A stretch of 64,000 nt of DNA from Octopus vulgaris (GCA_951406725.2 OX597816.1:83266001-83330000); one strand, 5' to 3'; counted from the stretch's first letter, positions 27,640 through 41,140 are shown. Notes: generated from the letters alone by a model not told the origin. A program made the numbers and translations.

Positions 27640-28040
27640 AGAGCCTCAGAGGAAATCCCTTTCCTGATGCTTTGTGTTCTGGGTTTAAGTCTTGTCGATG
27701 ACAACACAATCTTTCATCTCCCACCTCTGGAATTGATAATATAAAGTACAAGTCAAGTACTACAGTCGATGATATTAACTGACTCTTCCCCAAAACTTGA
27801 TGAACTTTTGTCTAAATTAAAATCACACCTACCGATGTCAACTTACTCCTATATCAAAATTTCAGGCCTTGTCTCTCAGTTACAAATTATTATTATTATC
27901 AATATGATTAAAACCCCACCGAGGTCGACTTTGCCTTTCATCTTTTCGGGGTCGATAAAATAAGTACCAGTCAAGCATCGGTGTCAATGTAATCGGCTAG
28001 ATCCGTCCCACCAAATTTCAGGCTTTGTGCTTTCAGCAGA

Positions 28041-28104
<64 letters not shown>

Positions 28105-29250
28105 GAGTGAGAGAGTAGTCCATGCCATCAAAGTGATACGGGTAAAATATACGAAGCCCAGTATACCCGTAGCGACATGGTCGACTTTGCGTTTCATACT
28201 TTCGGGAACGATATGATAAGTTCCAGTGGATTATTGGGGTCGATGTAATGGACTTACCCCCTATCCGAAATTGCTGGCCTTATGCCAAAAATTGAAATCG
28301 TTGTTTGTAATAAGGTGAAAGTAGTGAGGTGGCAGAATCGTTAGCCCGTTGAGCTCAATGTTTAGCGGCATGTCGTCCGTCTTTACGTTCTGAGTTCTAA
28401 TTCCACCGAGGTCGACTTTGTCTTTCGTCCTTTTGGGGTCGATAAATAAATTGCCAGTGAAACTGTAATTGACTAGTTTCCATTCTCCAAATTTCAGGCC
28501 TTGGGCCTTTAATAGAAAGAATTATTATTAAGGTGGCGATTGAGAGAATCGTTGGCATGCCGGACAAAATGCTCAGCGGTGTTTCGTCCGCCTATGTGTT
28601 CTGAATTCAAATTCCGCGGAAGTCGACTTTGTTTTTCATCCTTTTGGGGTCGATAAAGTAAGCACCAGTTGAACACTGTAATCGACTCATGTAATCGACT
28701 CATCCCACCTCCTAAATTACTAATCTTGTGCCAAAATGTGATGCCATTATTATTGTTATTATTATCAATATCATCAATACTCTCATCTGATGGTTGCGAG
28801 CTGACAGAATCGTATGGACGTCGGACAGAATGCTTAGCGGCATTTACACCTTTACGTTCTGAGTTCAAAACCCGCTGAGACCGAGTTTGCCTTTCATTCT
28901 TTTGGAGCCGTTAAAATAAGTACCAGTTGTGTACTGGAGACGATGTAATCGACTTACCCCCTTCCTCCGAAGTTGCTGGTCTTCTACCGAAATTTGAAGC
29001 CGTTCTTATTCTTATCATCATCAATAAGGCGGCGAGCTGGCAGAATCGTTAGCACGCCGGGCCAAATGCTTAGCGGTGTTTCGCCCGACGCTACGTTCTG
29101 AGTTCAAAATCTGCCGAGGTCGAGACTTTGCCGTACATCTTTGCGGAGTCGATGAATTAAATAGCAGTCATATACTGGGCTTAATGTGATCGACTTATCC
29201 CCTACCCCAAAGTTTCAGGCCTTGTGCCTACAGCAGAAAGGATCATTATC
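27640..29250 (+). mobile_element. head-to-tail array of about 7 SINE-B copies
   Basis: GTCGACTTTGCCTTTCATC-type core recurs at about 27700, 27925, 28180, 28411, 28622, 28880 and 29119. Copies are separated by (ATT)/(ATC) tails. Confidence 0.9.
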
Positions 29251-29543
29251 AATATCATCAGTACCCTCATCCTTATATTCGTTCCCGCTGTCATAAACCA
29301 TCACCAACACATCAACCGCCGCCATCATCATCAGTAAATAAATAGATAAATTATCGAATTCGGTAGACATCGTTTTTTATTCGCCCAGACACGGTTCCTT
29401 CTCACTAATGTATGTTTTTTACTCTATGTAGCGTAGTTTTCCATCGAGATTGTTAAAAAATGTTCCAAGTTTATATATTCACATGTTTTTATATATTGTT
29501 GACATTTTATTTTTTCTTGTTTTTTTTGTATTGTTTATTATTG

Positions 29544-29575
<32 letters not shown>

Positions 29576-29584
29576 GTATATATT

Positions 29585-29649
<65 letters not shown>

Positions 29650-29800
29650 TATGCTGGGTTCTTTTTTAATAAAAGTGTCAGGTTCAAAAATATCTTGTTT
29701 TACAATTCGTCCGCTATTATCTCATATATTAAGGAGTTAATTGAATGGCGAGCGATAATAATAATAATGTTAATGATGATGATAATGATAAGAAGGAGAA

Positions 29801-29834
<34 letters not shown>

Positions 29835-30094
29835 GGTGTGTGTGTGTTTAATACATATATAATATATATATATAGAGAGAGAGAGACATTTATATATATA
29901 CACACACACACACACAAATGTGTATATAAACATATGTATATACATATCAAACTCAAACATTTGTGTATATATGTATATATACACGTTTGTATTATATGTA
30001 TTTACATCTTTGTCTAATTATTTACATAATGTATAAGGACATCTACCTACCTACCTACCTACATACATACCTACCTACCTACCTACCTACCTAC

Positions 30095-30181
<87 letters not shown>

Positions 30182-30348
30182 AATACGTATCTATTTGTTC
30201 TGCCTATCTATACATATACAACTATATATACATACATATATATATGCATGTGTGTATGTATGTATATATATACATATATACATAAATATATACATGCATA
30301 TATATATAAATGTATATGTATCTATATATATATATATATCTATGTATG

Positions 30349-30396
<48 letters not shown>

Positions 30397-31074
30397 TATA
30401 TACACACACGTGTATACACACACACATCTACATATACATGTATGTGCAGAGTGGGGTTGATTGATGTTCGTATGTCTATTATAAAACGATATACAAAAAA
30501 AAACTATCCTTTTTATCTCTGTCACCATCTACTGCCATATAGATGCGTATGTAAACACGCAAACACAATGATACGTGCACAAGTGGAAGTACAAAACCCC
30601 GTTACCCACTTACGGTAAACTGAATATCATAGCTTACATATACACATTCATAATGCTACCCGCATACACTTATACATGTCCACACGCAAACTCTAGCAAG
30701 TACATACGCAAATATCCGAATTGGTGAATGCTATATTATATTATTCTCGCATCGCTTTAATTATTGTCAATTAGGCCGTTCTAAACAATTTATTTATATC
30801 TAGATTCTCGATGTATGACTCTAATTACATTCACATCATACCAATTTTCTAGATGTTTTTGGTAAAATGCATTCTTCATAATTCGAACGCAGGCGCTATA
30901 ATCCATTATAATGTGCACACCCTTAACGCCCTCACCTCCGCCATACCACGACCTTCTAAATTTCAACACCATTTCCTTATATTTTTCACTGATTATTATT
31001 TTTTTGTCTTTTTTTTTTCTGCTGACTTCGCTACAAATGCTACACGGAAACACAAATATTTGCGCGTGTGTGTG

Positions 31075-31173
<99 letters not shown>

Positions 31174-31569
31174 GTATATACATATGTATAGTAAACATAA
31201 GATTGTATATAATGCTGCGTGCACATACATACACACACACATTTATAATTTTTATTTGGGAGTGTCTTTGTGAATGTGTGATCAGTTTTCTATTGTAAAG
31301 AAGTTTGCACAAAGAAATATACACTACTCTGTACAAGTGTTGAATAAAATATATTTTGTTATCGTCAGTGCATGAGATTAGCACATTTTAACTAATAGTT
31401 TCGTGTCAGAATTCATACAGCAGTCAATCGTCGGATGATGCACAATGAATAAATTTTCATGAAGCTATATTTGTTCGTGTGAGTGTGTGTGGATTTGCTT
31501 GCACGTGTGCATGTGTGTCAATGTACCCATATATATATGTTTGTCTATATATATATATATATATATATA

Positions 31570-31830
31570 ATAATAAATATTAGGGAACAAATCCAAAATC
31601 CAATTTTATAGTAAAATATTATATAATATTAATTCGAGACAAAACCACTATTTTGCAAATCAAACAAGGAAAGACTTAATCAATACATAAAAAATTTTAA
31701 TATTTATTTATTTTAATTATTTTAATTATTTATTTATTTATTTATTTACTTTATATTAAAAATTTTTATGTATTGATTAAGTCTTTCCTTGTTTGATTTG
31801 CAAAATAGTGGTTTTGTCTCGAATTAATAT

Positions 31831-31833
<3 letters not shown>
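31570..31833. repeat. fold-back cassette in a (TA)n array, about 80-bp near-perfect arms with a (TTTA)-rich spacer
   Basis: 31623-31703 pairs with 31754-31833. The left arm has an extra about 50 bp unpaired extension. Confidence 0.92.
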
Positions 31834-31875
<42 letters not shown>

Positions 31876-32096
31876 TGGGTGAACAATCCAACGCTTAACC
31901 AGCGGGGTGGCGTCATTCGAAGGCTAAAACAATGCGAACGCATTGTGACCAGCGATGTGTAACAACATCTGATGGTCTGGTCGGTCACGTGATCACGTGA
32001 TATATATATATATGTACATATATATATATACATATATTTCTATATGTATATATGTGTGTATGTATGTATGTATGTATGCATATATATATCTTCCTC

Positions 32097-32765
32097 AGAC
32101 TGATGCCTGTATGCGAACAGCTATGCTACATACCAGTGAAACATGGGCTGTGACCACCGAGGACATGCGTAGGCTTGCGAGAGATGAAGCTGGCATGTTT
32201 CGCTGGATGTGCAATGTCACAGTGCATCTACCTCAGAGTGTAGGAATCTTGAGAGAAAAGTTGGGCATTAAAATTATCAGATGTGGTGTGCAAGAGGGAC
32301 GACTGTGCTTGTATGATCACTTGATGCGTATGGACGAGGATAGCTGTGTAAAGAAGTGCCGATCTCTAACTGTGGAGAGAAGCTGCAGTAGAAGTAGACA
32401 CAGGAAGTCTTGGGACGTTTTGGTGAAGCATGATCGTCGGACTTTGGGCTTCACGGAGGCAATAACTAGTGACCGAGAACATTGTCGATATGCCGTGCTT
32501 GAGAAAACCCTTCAAACCAAGTGAAATTGTAGCGAAATAATGGCACGTAAAAAGCACTTTTCGAGCGTTGGCCTTCACGAAGGCAATGACAAATGACCAA
32601 GACCTTTGGTAATATGCCATTCTTAAGTAGAAGAGCATTCAGCCCTAGAAAGCATGCAAAATTAAACTGGAGTCTGGTGCAGCCCCTCATTTTACCATCC
32701 CTAGTCAAACCGTCCAACGCATGACAGCATGGACAACGGGCGTTAAATGATAATGATGATGATGA
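32097..32765 (+). pseudogene. RTE-clade LINE 3' end with (GAT)n tail
   Basis: DACMRTAMLHTSETWAVT...RWMCNV...LREKLGI...RLCLYDHLMRMDEDSCVKK...RHRKSW matches the RTE C-terminal LxGSETW / RLxWxGHVxRM / GRPxKxW pattern. A 3' UTR and TGATGATGA tail follow. Confidence 0.9.
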
Positions 32766-32782
32766 TATATGTATGTATTCAC

Positions 32783-33016
32783 CTTCTTGGCTTCGCTTCG
32801 CGAACAAAGAGTAAGAAGAGACTGGTCCACATTGTCTGCAGACGCGCTTGTTGACAAGGTCAATATCAGGACAGAAAGGTACGACTGCAGTGGCTACAGT
32901 TGAATGTCTGGTCAGGATTTGATAACGTGGTTTTTGTGGTTCTTCCTCCTGCAACTTTTTTCCTTTGTTCGTCTTTGAGCGTTGCTCTGCGAGTATTATC
33001 GAAGGAGGAAACAGCA
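32783..33016 (-). pseudogene. second RTE (BovB-like) LINE 3' terminus
   Basis: SFDNTRRATLKDEQRKK...PDQTFNCSHCSRTFLS-(frameshift)-IDLVNKRVC is a terminal zinc-finger-like motif of BovB-type RTEs. Confidence 0.7.
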
Positions 33017-33260
33017 AGGTTATATATATATATATATATATATATTTTGTGAAATAGAAAGATGAATAATCTTATTGCAGATTAATCAAAAGTTTAACCG
33101 ATACTTTGGTAGCAAAAATCACAGCAGAAGACAGCACGGTTGGAGGTACAACCATATGGTGTTGCAACCATGCGTTGGTGCGGATAATTTAATTTTAATA
33201 TTATTAGTGAATTGAAGAAATGGAGTTGAACGAAGATTGAACAGAAATCGTTTTATTGCA

Positions 33261-33340
33261 TTCTACACGTGTTTCGAAAGCCACAATTTACCAAATTCCG
33301 ATTGAATAAGGAGACCATATTGTGTCTTTCTCTTCAGGAA
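33261..33340 (-). ncRNA. type-I hammerhead ribozyme, intact core (minus-strand copy)
   Basis: Exact reverse complement of 33505-33584. Confidence 0.82.
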
Positions 33341-33504
33341 GAAATAGGAAATCCGTTGGCAAAAACAAAAACAGAACAGAGGCGCAGCAAAACAAATCGA
33401 ACGAGGCTCCTAAGAGCCCATGGCTAAACTCTTAGGAGCCTCGTTCGATTTGTTTTGCTGCGCCTCTGTTCTGTTTTTGTTTTTGCCAACGGATTTCCTA
33501 TTTC

Positions 33505-33584
33505 TTCCTGAAGAGAAAGACACAATATGGTCTCCTTATTCAATCGGAATTTGGTAAATTGTGGCTTTCGAAACACGTGTAGAA
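33505..33584 (+). ncRNA. type-I hammerhead ribozyme, intact core
   Basis: TTC-CTGAAGA(33508)-GAAAGaCACAAT...ATTGTGgCTTTC-GAAAC(33570)-ACGT-GTA(33579-33581)-GAA. Stems I and II pair and stem III is the palindrome ACACGTGT. AATAAA starts 6 nt after the predicted cut. Confidence 0.85.
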
Positions 33585-33641
33585 TGCAATAAAACGATTT
33601 CAATTCGTTCAATCTTCGTTCAACTCCATTTCTTCAATTCA

Positions 33642-33688
<47 letters not shown>

Positions 33689-34390
33689 CCGGTTTTCGTT
33701 CTCCTTCCCAGGCCTGCATCGTTCATTTATCATTGTTCTGCTTTGTTTTTCATCGTGATTATAATAAAAATATTATTAGTTCTTCAAGGTCATTCAAGTT
33801 TTCTCAACCGATGAATGGACCGCTAGAGTAAACAGATGAACGAACGAACCTATAATGACTAACTGGAAACACCTGCAAGTAGAATTTACTACAAGTAGTA
33901 TGTAATGATCAATATTTACACCTTGTCTCGTACGTACACTCATATAACAATATTCATTTGTAAAATGGTCAACGAAATGTTGAGCTTTTTTCTGATTTGT
34001 AATCTTACCTCTGTCGCACCAATATTTTTGGTGTATCTCATTTCTATTCCCGTTAAGATAAACTATATTTTTATTTGTTATTGTCTTTTTATTCTTATGT
34101 TTCCCGTTTGTTCTAGTAACATACCCTATATGTGGAGGCTGCATCAGGAAAACATTCTCAGGTGATCGTTACTGGTCTCATTAATAACTCCTGTATTTGG
34201 TTTTGCATGGGCTACATGTTTTGTCAGTTTTTCTCAGTTCTTTTGTTGAAGGCATACTTAAGGATTTCTCACTCCTTGAGGTGTGGCGGTAACATTTAAC
34301 ATTAGGTCTTTATTGACAATATCTATGTTTAAATATTTCGCTTAGATATTGCAAGACTAATAACCTGGTGTAGAACTCAATGTACATATG

Positions 34391-34693
34391 TTTTTGTTCC
34401 TTCTCGAGCCATGCCTGGCTCATAAGGGCCGGTTTCCCGGTCGCCTTGGCGTATAGGTTCCCCACCTGAACGGGACGCCGGTCTATCGCAGGTGAGCTGG
34501 AAGATGCAGGAGGAAAGAGTGAGAGAAAGTTGTGGCGAAAGAGTCAGCAGAAGTTCGCCATTATCTTCTGCCGGAGCCGCGTGAAGTTTAGGTGTTTCGC
34601 TCATAAACACACACATCGCCCGGTCTGAGATTCGAACCCGCGATCCCTCGACCGCAAGTTCGCTGCTCTAACCACTAGGCCATGTGCCTCCAC
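34391..34693 (-). mobile_element. full tRNA-derived SINE (family C1) with V-domain-like segment and TSD
   Basis: Head TGGCCTAGTGGTTAGAGCAGC...GGTTCGAATC. CCTGCGATAGACCGGCGTCCCGTTCAGG resembles the V-SINE domain. TSD CAATGTACATATG (34378-34390) / CAATGTATATATG (34693-34705). Confidence 0.9.
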
Positions 34694-35351
34694 AATGTAT
34701 ATATGCTTCAGAACTAAGCGTTAGTCAAGTACAGAACGGCAATAAGATGAGATGACAAAGAAATAAGCGATTATCTCATGAACTTCATTACCTGACAGTT
34801 GTTTCTGTTATAAGATGTAGTGGACTCATAGTTGAGTGCCCGAGTAACACCTTATAGCTTCATAGGAGCCTCAAACAAAATCTACTATTAAAAAAGTGTC
34901 CCAAAAAATTTATGTCTCACGTTGACATTCAGATTGACGTATTTTATATTTTCTGTCAGTCAATTTCACAAAATGTCAGGACATGTTGCGAAATTTTAAT
35001 AATAAACCAATGCGTTGTTCTATCACATTCCTTCAGACAATAGCTTTCTTTCTAGATACAAAGTTGTCGCGTATGACATACATGGATAAAACTGCATTAA
35101 TAACTACAGCTCCATAGCTATAACTCTTATTTTACTTACATAATTCTAGAGAATAGTTGGTCATTAGTTATAGTATTGGGTGTACGTATGTACACGGAGC
35201 CAAACGTTTCTGTTCCAGGTACACGCAACAAAACTCTACCGAGTCAGCGTGGTCGATCAGTCTTGTAAGAAGTAGTAACTATATCTAATTTAAATTACAC
35301 AATTAGTCTTAAAAGGGGCCTATTGGGTTCTATTTCCAAGGAATATTAAAC

Positions 35352-35471
35352 ACTAGCAGTATAACCCGGCTTTGCCCGGGATTCAGTTAGGCTTACTAAG
35401 CTGATCAAGTTCTTTATTTCAAACCAAACTAAGCAACATCGACGTCAAATTTGAGCGAAATCCGTTGAAAT

Positions 35472-35517
<46 letters not shown>

Positions 35518-35894
35518 AGGCGACACACACACATGCACACACCTACGTACGTACACTTATTGCATACATGTTTTTTGTACGCATACATGTTCGTGTGTGT
35601 GTTGCCCGTATATCAACAAAACACTTTTCTCGTCGATGGAAAAAAAACAACAAAAGTCTTAACAAAAAACTTACACGTCGCTAGAAGGGGACTTAACTCC
35701 TGTTTGCAAACAATGGTGATTTCTCCGACTTGAAAATTGTTAAAAATTTTGGTTGAACATTTATTTCTACTGCTATTCGCTGGTGCCTCTGGTAAAAATA
35801 AGTTGACGAAAATACAGCTAGGCTCATGACGAATGTCCTCCTAAAATTGGAGCGACATGCGTGCTAATTTCTGGACGTACATATATTACATTCA

Positions 35895-35935
<41 letters not shown>

Positions 35936-35956
35936 CCTGCTTTTATATATACAGAT
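35352..35956 (+). mobile_element. non-autonomous Helitron/Helentron (HINE-like) element
   Basis: Starts ACTAGCAG followed by hairpin CCCGG-CTTTGC-CCGGG, has internal microsatellites and ends CTTTTATATATACAGAT. Confidence 0.55.
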
Positions 35957-36002
35957 GAAAACAATATCGGACCACAGCTGGAATCACATTCATTGTATAG
36001 AC

Positions 36003-36266
36003 CAGTGGTTCACAGACGGGTTCCACATAGCACTTAGAGGTCCGTATAGTATTTTGTTGTTAAAGAGTATGTGCAATAAAATGGTTATACTTCTACAACA
36101 CACAAGATATTTCTAGCTGCAATTAATATCTAATTATAAAAATATTACTAATAATTCCTAAAAATATATAAGGATTTTTTAAAAGCAGCAAATGGCTATG
36201 AGGGTCCATCCGTGTAAAACAGGAATCATAGGGGGTCCATAGGCATAAAATGGCTGAGAGTCACTG
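36003..36266 (+). mobile_element. hAT (Charlie-like) MITE
   Basis: Termini CAGTGGTTCACA...TGAGAGTCACTG, subterminal GGGTCC motifs, preceded by GTATAGAC. Confidence 0.75.
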
Positions 36267-36539
36267 TGAGAAACACTGATAGAGATGCTCGTTTAGGGTC
36301 AAATAGAAATTGAATAATAAAATGAGTAATAATTAGGGCTACTAACAATTGTGCCACATGTGTCATTTCTCATGTAGTCATGGTCATTAATTAGTTTAAA
36401 TTAGCTCCTGGTAAAGTTTTCATTCTAATGTAGAACATATCGTATTTCTTCTCTTCCTTGTTTCACGACTTCTATCTATCCATCTGTCTGTCTGTCTGTC
36501 TGTCCGTCTGTCTGTCTGTCTGTCCGTCTGTCTATCTAC

Positions 36540-36649
<110 letters not shown>

Positions 36650-36709
36650 CTTTGAGTATGTGTATATGTGTGTGTATGTGTACATGTGTGTATGTATGTA
36701 TGTGTGTAT

Positions 36710-36960
36710 GTGGTGACGCGTGGTTTAGCGGTAAAGGTGTTGCATTCATGATCGTATGATCGAGGGTTCGATACTGGACCTAGCGATGCGTTGAGTTCTT
36801 GAGCAAAACACTTCACTTCTTTTGCTCCAGTCCACTCAGCTGACACAAATGAGTAATCCTACGATGGACCATCATCCTATCTAGCGGCGAGGGAATATCT
36901 ATGCCACAGAATCCGGGAAACTAGCCTTATGATACAATGGCCCGGGAGGGACCTTTCATT
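36710..36960 (+). mobile_element. tRNA-derived SINE with V-like tail
   Basis: A and B boxes (TGGTTTAGCGG, GGTTCGATAC), then TTCTTGAGCAAAACACTTCAC, then a tail similar to that of 34391-34500. Confidence 0.75.
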
Positions 36961-37632
36961 CATTTTGTATCCATGTATGTTTGTATACAGAAAGAATAAG
37001 AGAGAGGGAGAGAGAGAGAGGGGGGGAGAAGGACAGGGAAGGCGATCGAAAGTCAGAAAGTGTATAAAAAGTTAGTATTTATTTCAAGTATCAATAGCAT
37101 CTAATTGTTAAAAAAATGCAAATCAATCTGGAGAGCACCCCAGTCTGTATATCCCAAAGTTGAAACTGATCTAATAGACGTATGTCCAAAAAGTTTCCAG
37201 TCGTGACTGTCACCCATGATATCTGCTGTATGAACTGTACGCTTCTATATTCTCGATATCAGTTTGAGCGATTTAGCTGCTATTTCTAGAATGTAGAAGA
37301 CCCCCCGAGCTGGTTTCTTTTATAACAGGTATTATTGTTCAGTAGGGCTACTTCCTATCACAACTCCCACGCAACTAGATACATACAATTAAGGAACTTG
37401 CACACAGATACACTAAACACCTGCAACAGATGTTAATCCAATAACTTAAACAAGGCAGTGATTATATATCCTTTTCGCTATATACGTGTGTATGTGTGTG
37501 TATGTGTGAATAAAACACACACACATGCGCTATATGTAGTGGCAATTTCTAAAGTTTGAAGCAACTAAATAAATGTATAGCGTCTAGTCAATTGCGTTCG
37601 GCGATGAGGTAATAGTGATACGCTATGGTTCT

Positions 37633-37666
<34 letters not shown>

Positions 37667-37707
37667 CATATACACACACACACACATATATACATATATA
37701 TTTATAT

Positions 37708-37820
<113 letters not shown>

Positions 37821-39004
37821 TTATATATATATATATACACATGCATACGCACATACACACACACACAAATATATATGCATACATACGGAGAGACAGAAAA
37901 AGTGGAGAGAGAGAGAGAGAGAGAAAACTGTGTGTGTGTGTTTGTATATATATATATATATATATATATACATACAAATTCATAGAACCCATTTCCGTGA
38001 AAGAAGATCCAAATCCAAATAAATATATACAGGGATATGCAGGAGGGATTGAGAGAAAAGGAACTGATAGAGTAGTAAGCGTAGTGGGAGTGAGGAGAAA
38101 TCGACAGACTGAGAGACAGAGTAGGAGAGACTGAGAAAGAAGAGATATTGTGTATATGTGTGTGTAAGTTTGAGAGAGAGAGAGGTGGGGAGAATGAGAG
38201 AGAATAAATGATATAACAGAAATCTTCTCCAATTTCTTTATTATTTCTTAGTTCAGTCGAAAAACCACAAAACTATTTTCATATCAGATTCCTTATGGTT
38301 CATTACAAAAACAAAAAAAAAAACAAAAAAGGATGCAAAAACAAAAAAACGCAATGAAAAATCTAGACAAAGGCAAAAGTGAAACGAAATAAAACGAAAC
38401 GAAATACAAGTAAATATGTTATCGTTTGGTTAGACTTACTTAAAGAGCACAATTGGAAGAGTGGATGGCGAAGAGACGGTGGCGAGAGAGAAAATAAAGA
38501 AAAGATGAAATATGACGGGCAGGTGGGAAACACAGTTGGACGTTGTTTGGTGTTACCCAATAACATCAACAACAATAGCAATAATCCGTTTCTTTCCACA
38601 CCAGAGACAGCCCTTACTATCCCCGCTACCAACACTACTACCACTACTACTACTACTACCACAACCAACAACCACGTCAATATAAACCATAGAATTTTAT
38701 TACCTATTTATGGTGGTTATTTTTAAAGCTGGTTTTATCTGCACCATTTTCTTGTTTCTGTTGATGTTGTTGCCTTTATTTTTGTTGCTGATGTACTTCT
38801 GTTGTTGTTTTTTTCTTTCCTTATCGTTTATACTTCTACTTTTATTATTTTACCTGTAGAGTGCTGAACAAAATGCCTTGTGATATTCAATTACCACCCT
38901 TTCTGTTGCGAGTTCAAATCCCTCTACGGTGGATGTCTCTCGTTTATAGTAATCTTTCCTTATTCTTAGGTGACTCTTAATCTGCATATGATTTCTATAA
39001 GGAA

Positions 39005-39460
39005 ATAATCCTTTCTACTATAGACACAAGATCTGAAATTGTTGTGGGGAGGCTAGTTGATTACAACGACCCCACTGTTTTACTGTTACTTAATTTATTG
39101 ACTCCGAAAGGATAAAAGGTAAAGTCGGCCTCGGCAGAATTTGAACTCAGAACGTAGCGACAAGCGAAATACCTATTTCTTTACTACCCACAAGGGGCTA
39201 AACACAGAGAGGACAAACAAGGACAGGCAAACGGATTAAGTCAATTACATCAACCCCAGTGCGTAACTGGTACTTAATTTATCGACCCCGAAAGGATGAA
39301 AGGCAAAGTAGACCTCGGCGGAATTGGAACTCAGATAACGGCAGACGAAATACCACTAAGCATTTCGCCCGGCATGCTAAAGATTCTGCCAGCTCGCCGA
39401 CGGGCGAAATACCGCTAAGCATTTCGTCCAGCGTGCTAACAATTCTGCCAGCTCGCCGTC
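39005..39460 (-). mobile_element. SINE-B dimer with duplicated head
   Basis: Same composite as 14735-15160, plus a direct repeat of about 58 bp of the head (39346-39398 and 39405-39458). Confidence 0.88.
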
Positions 39461-41140
39461 TTCTTTCTATAAGGAAATATTATGACGCAAGGGTATGTTT
39501 GGCCTATACTAGAAATTTTAAGAATGAAATTATGCTCCACAGTGGGGTATTTTGGTTGCCAGATGTGCCCGGGCGAAATGCATATTTTTAAGACTGAATC
39601 CTCAATAGCAAAAAATATATTTAAGTATATTAATTAAATTATCAACATGGACAAAATAGTAAACAGTTTTTTTTTTATGGGACCAGAGAGAGATGGGGAG
39701 AAAGAGATAGAGAAAATTAAATATTAGTTACTGCAGTACAAGGCTGATACTTACTGAAACGATATCGGAAGGATAATATGCAAAATCAACCTCGGTGGGT
39801 TTCGAGCCAAGAACTAAAGAGAGGTAACTAATTGTTGCAACACATGGTTTTCCCGGTGAATCTACCGATTTAGGTAGTCCCCTACTGTAATCTTAATATA
39901 TTATATTGCAAATGAGACTGGAATGACAGAAACGGAATTGTCTTCATTCTTTCAACACCTTCACCCACTTCCGACCCGAATAAATAAGTACTGGGCTCTA
40001 TCCAATGTACTATACCCATTCCCTACAAATTTTGGCATTGCACCAATGTGAGAGACCGATAAATTGTCATAAAAGTTAAAGGCGACACAAATAGCTTCAA
40101 AACAAAAATGAGACATGTCAGATGTAATAAATTGTGTATTTAAATTTTATTTTTTATTACCAATATACACTCACACCTATTTTTTCTTTCATCGGAAAAC
40201 TTATTTATATTTATACATGACAAAAAAAAAAGAAGAAAAGAACCCCTAATTTTATTTTATTTTACTTTAGCAATTCGTAAATAATTTGTAGTGAAGGGAT
40301 AAGGTCGCTTGAATCAACGCCAGGATTACATAATGCATACATACATACACATATCTTCATCGTCGTCGTCGTCGTCTTCATCATCATTATCATCATCATC
40401 CTAATTATGTTGGAAGAATAAAGAGTTAATTTGATTATGGTATGATCTTTGTGCAAAATGTAGAGCGACAAATCTAAATATTACAAAGCATTCTATCCCT
40501 GCATTGCAATAAACCTACACACTTTTCCTTATCCTTGGCTATAATATCATAAATTTCATGATTTTTCAAGATTCAATAGCAGCGTAGTGAGAAATTTCCT
40601 TTACTAGAAATTCTAACCATGGACTGTAGGAAATTACTGTTTTCCCTACGACTTTCCTTTAAACGAATATGTAAATGATAATTGCTTATTTATTTTGATT
40701 GAGTTATTGGATCATTGAAGATGACATTGTGTTTGAGTAGTATGCATGAAAGACAAACCAGTCTAGTCTATACTATCAAAGTCGTTCATATTGCTACTCA
40801 CGTAATTGTACATCGTTAATATATTTGGGTGAAGTTCATATAAGACCTGCCTTATAAATTGTTAGTCGAAGGTTCAAAAAGTTTGTATCACTTTATACAG
40901 GTTGTATAGCAATATGCATGATACTTAAACATAATACAGTTCAAATTAGGTAGTTGTAAAAGACAACGTGAACTTGTTAAAATTCATTTCTGAAGCTTAA
41001 CATGAGTCTTGCAGTGTCGAAGTGAAAACCTACGGTTGGTATATCTTGGAAAGGGATGGATTCCACTAAACAACTTTACTCATCATATACACTATATAAT
41101 GGATAACCGTGGTTAAAATATCAAATAAATTAGATACACA

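Larger units (their letters stand above)
33045..33647. mobile_element. young fold-back Penelope-like/retrozyme cassette in (TA)n
   Basis: Arms 33202-33416 and 33429-33647 are near-identical inverted copies (one small indel) with a 12-bp spacer. The left arm has about 155 bp extra. TA arrays lie on both sides. Confidence 0.9.

Noticed and set aside
27640-29250. CRISPR-like or satellite array
   Set aside because: The units are about 200-bp diverged SINE copies in eukaryotic DNA, not repeat-spacer units.
32783-32995. Candidate minus-strand exon in the 183-aa ORF
   Set aside because: Another frame gives an RTE C-terminal zinc-finger-like motif, so it is better explained as a LINE remnant.
33800-33885. 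CCGATGA...GAAAC-ACCT-GCA possible hammerhead
   Set aside because: Two core changes and no convincing stem II.
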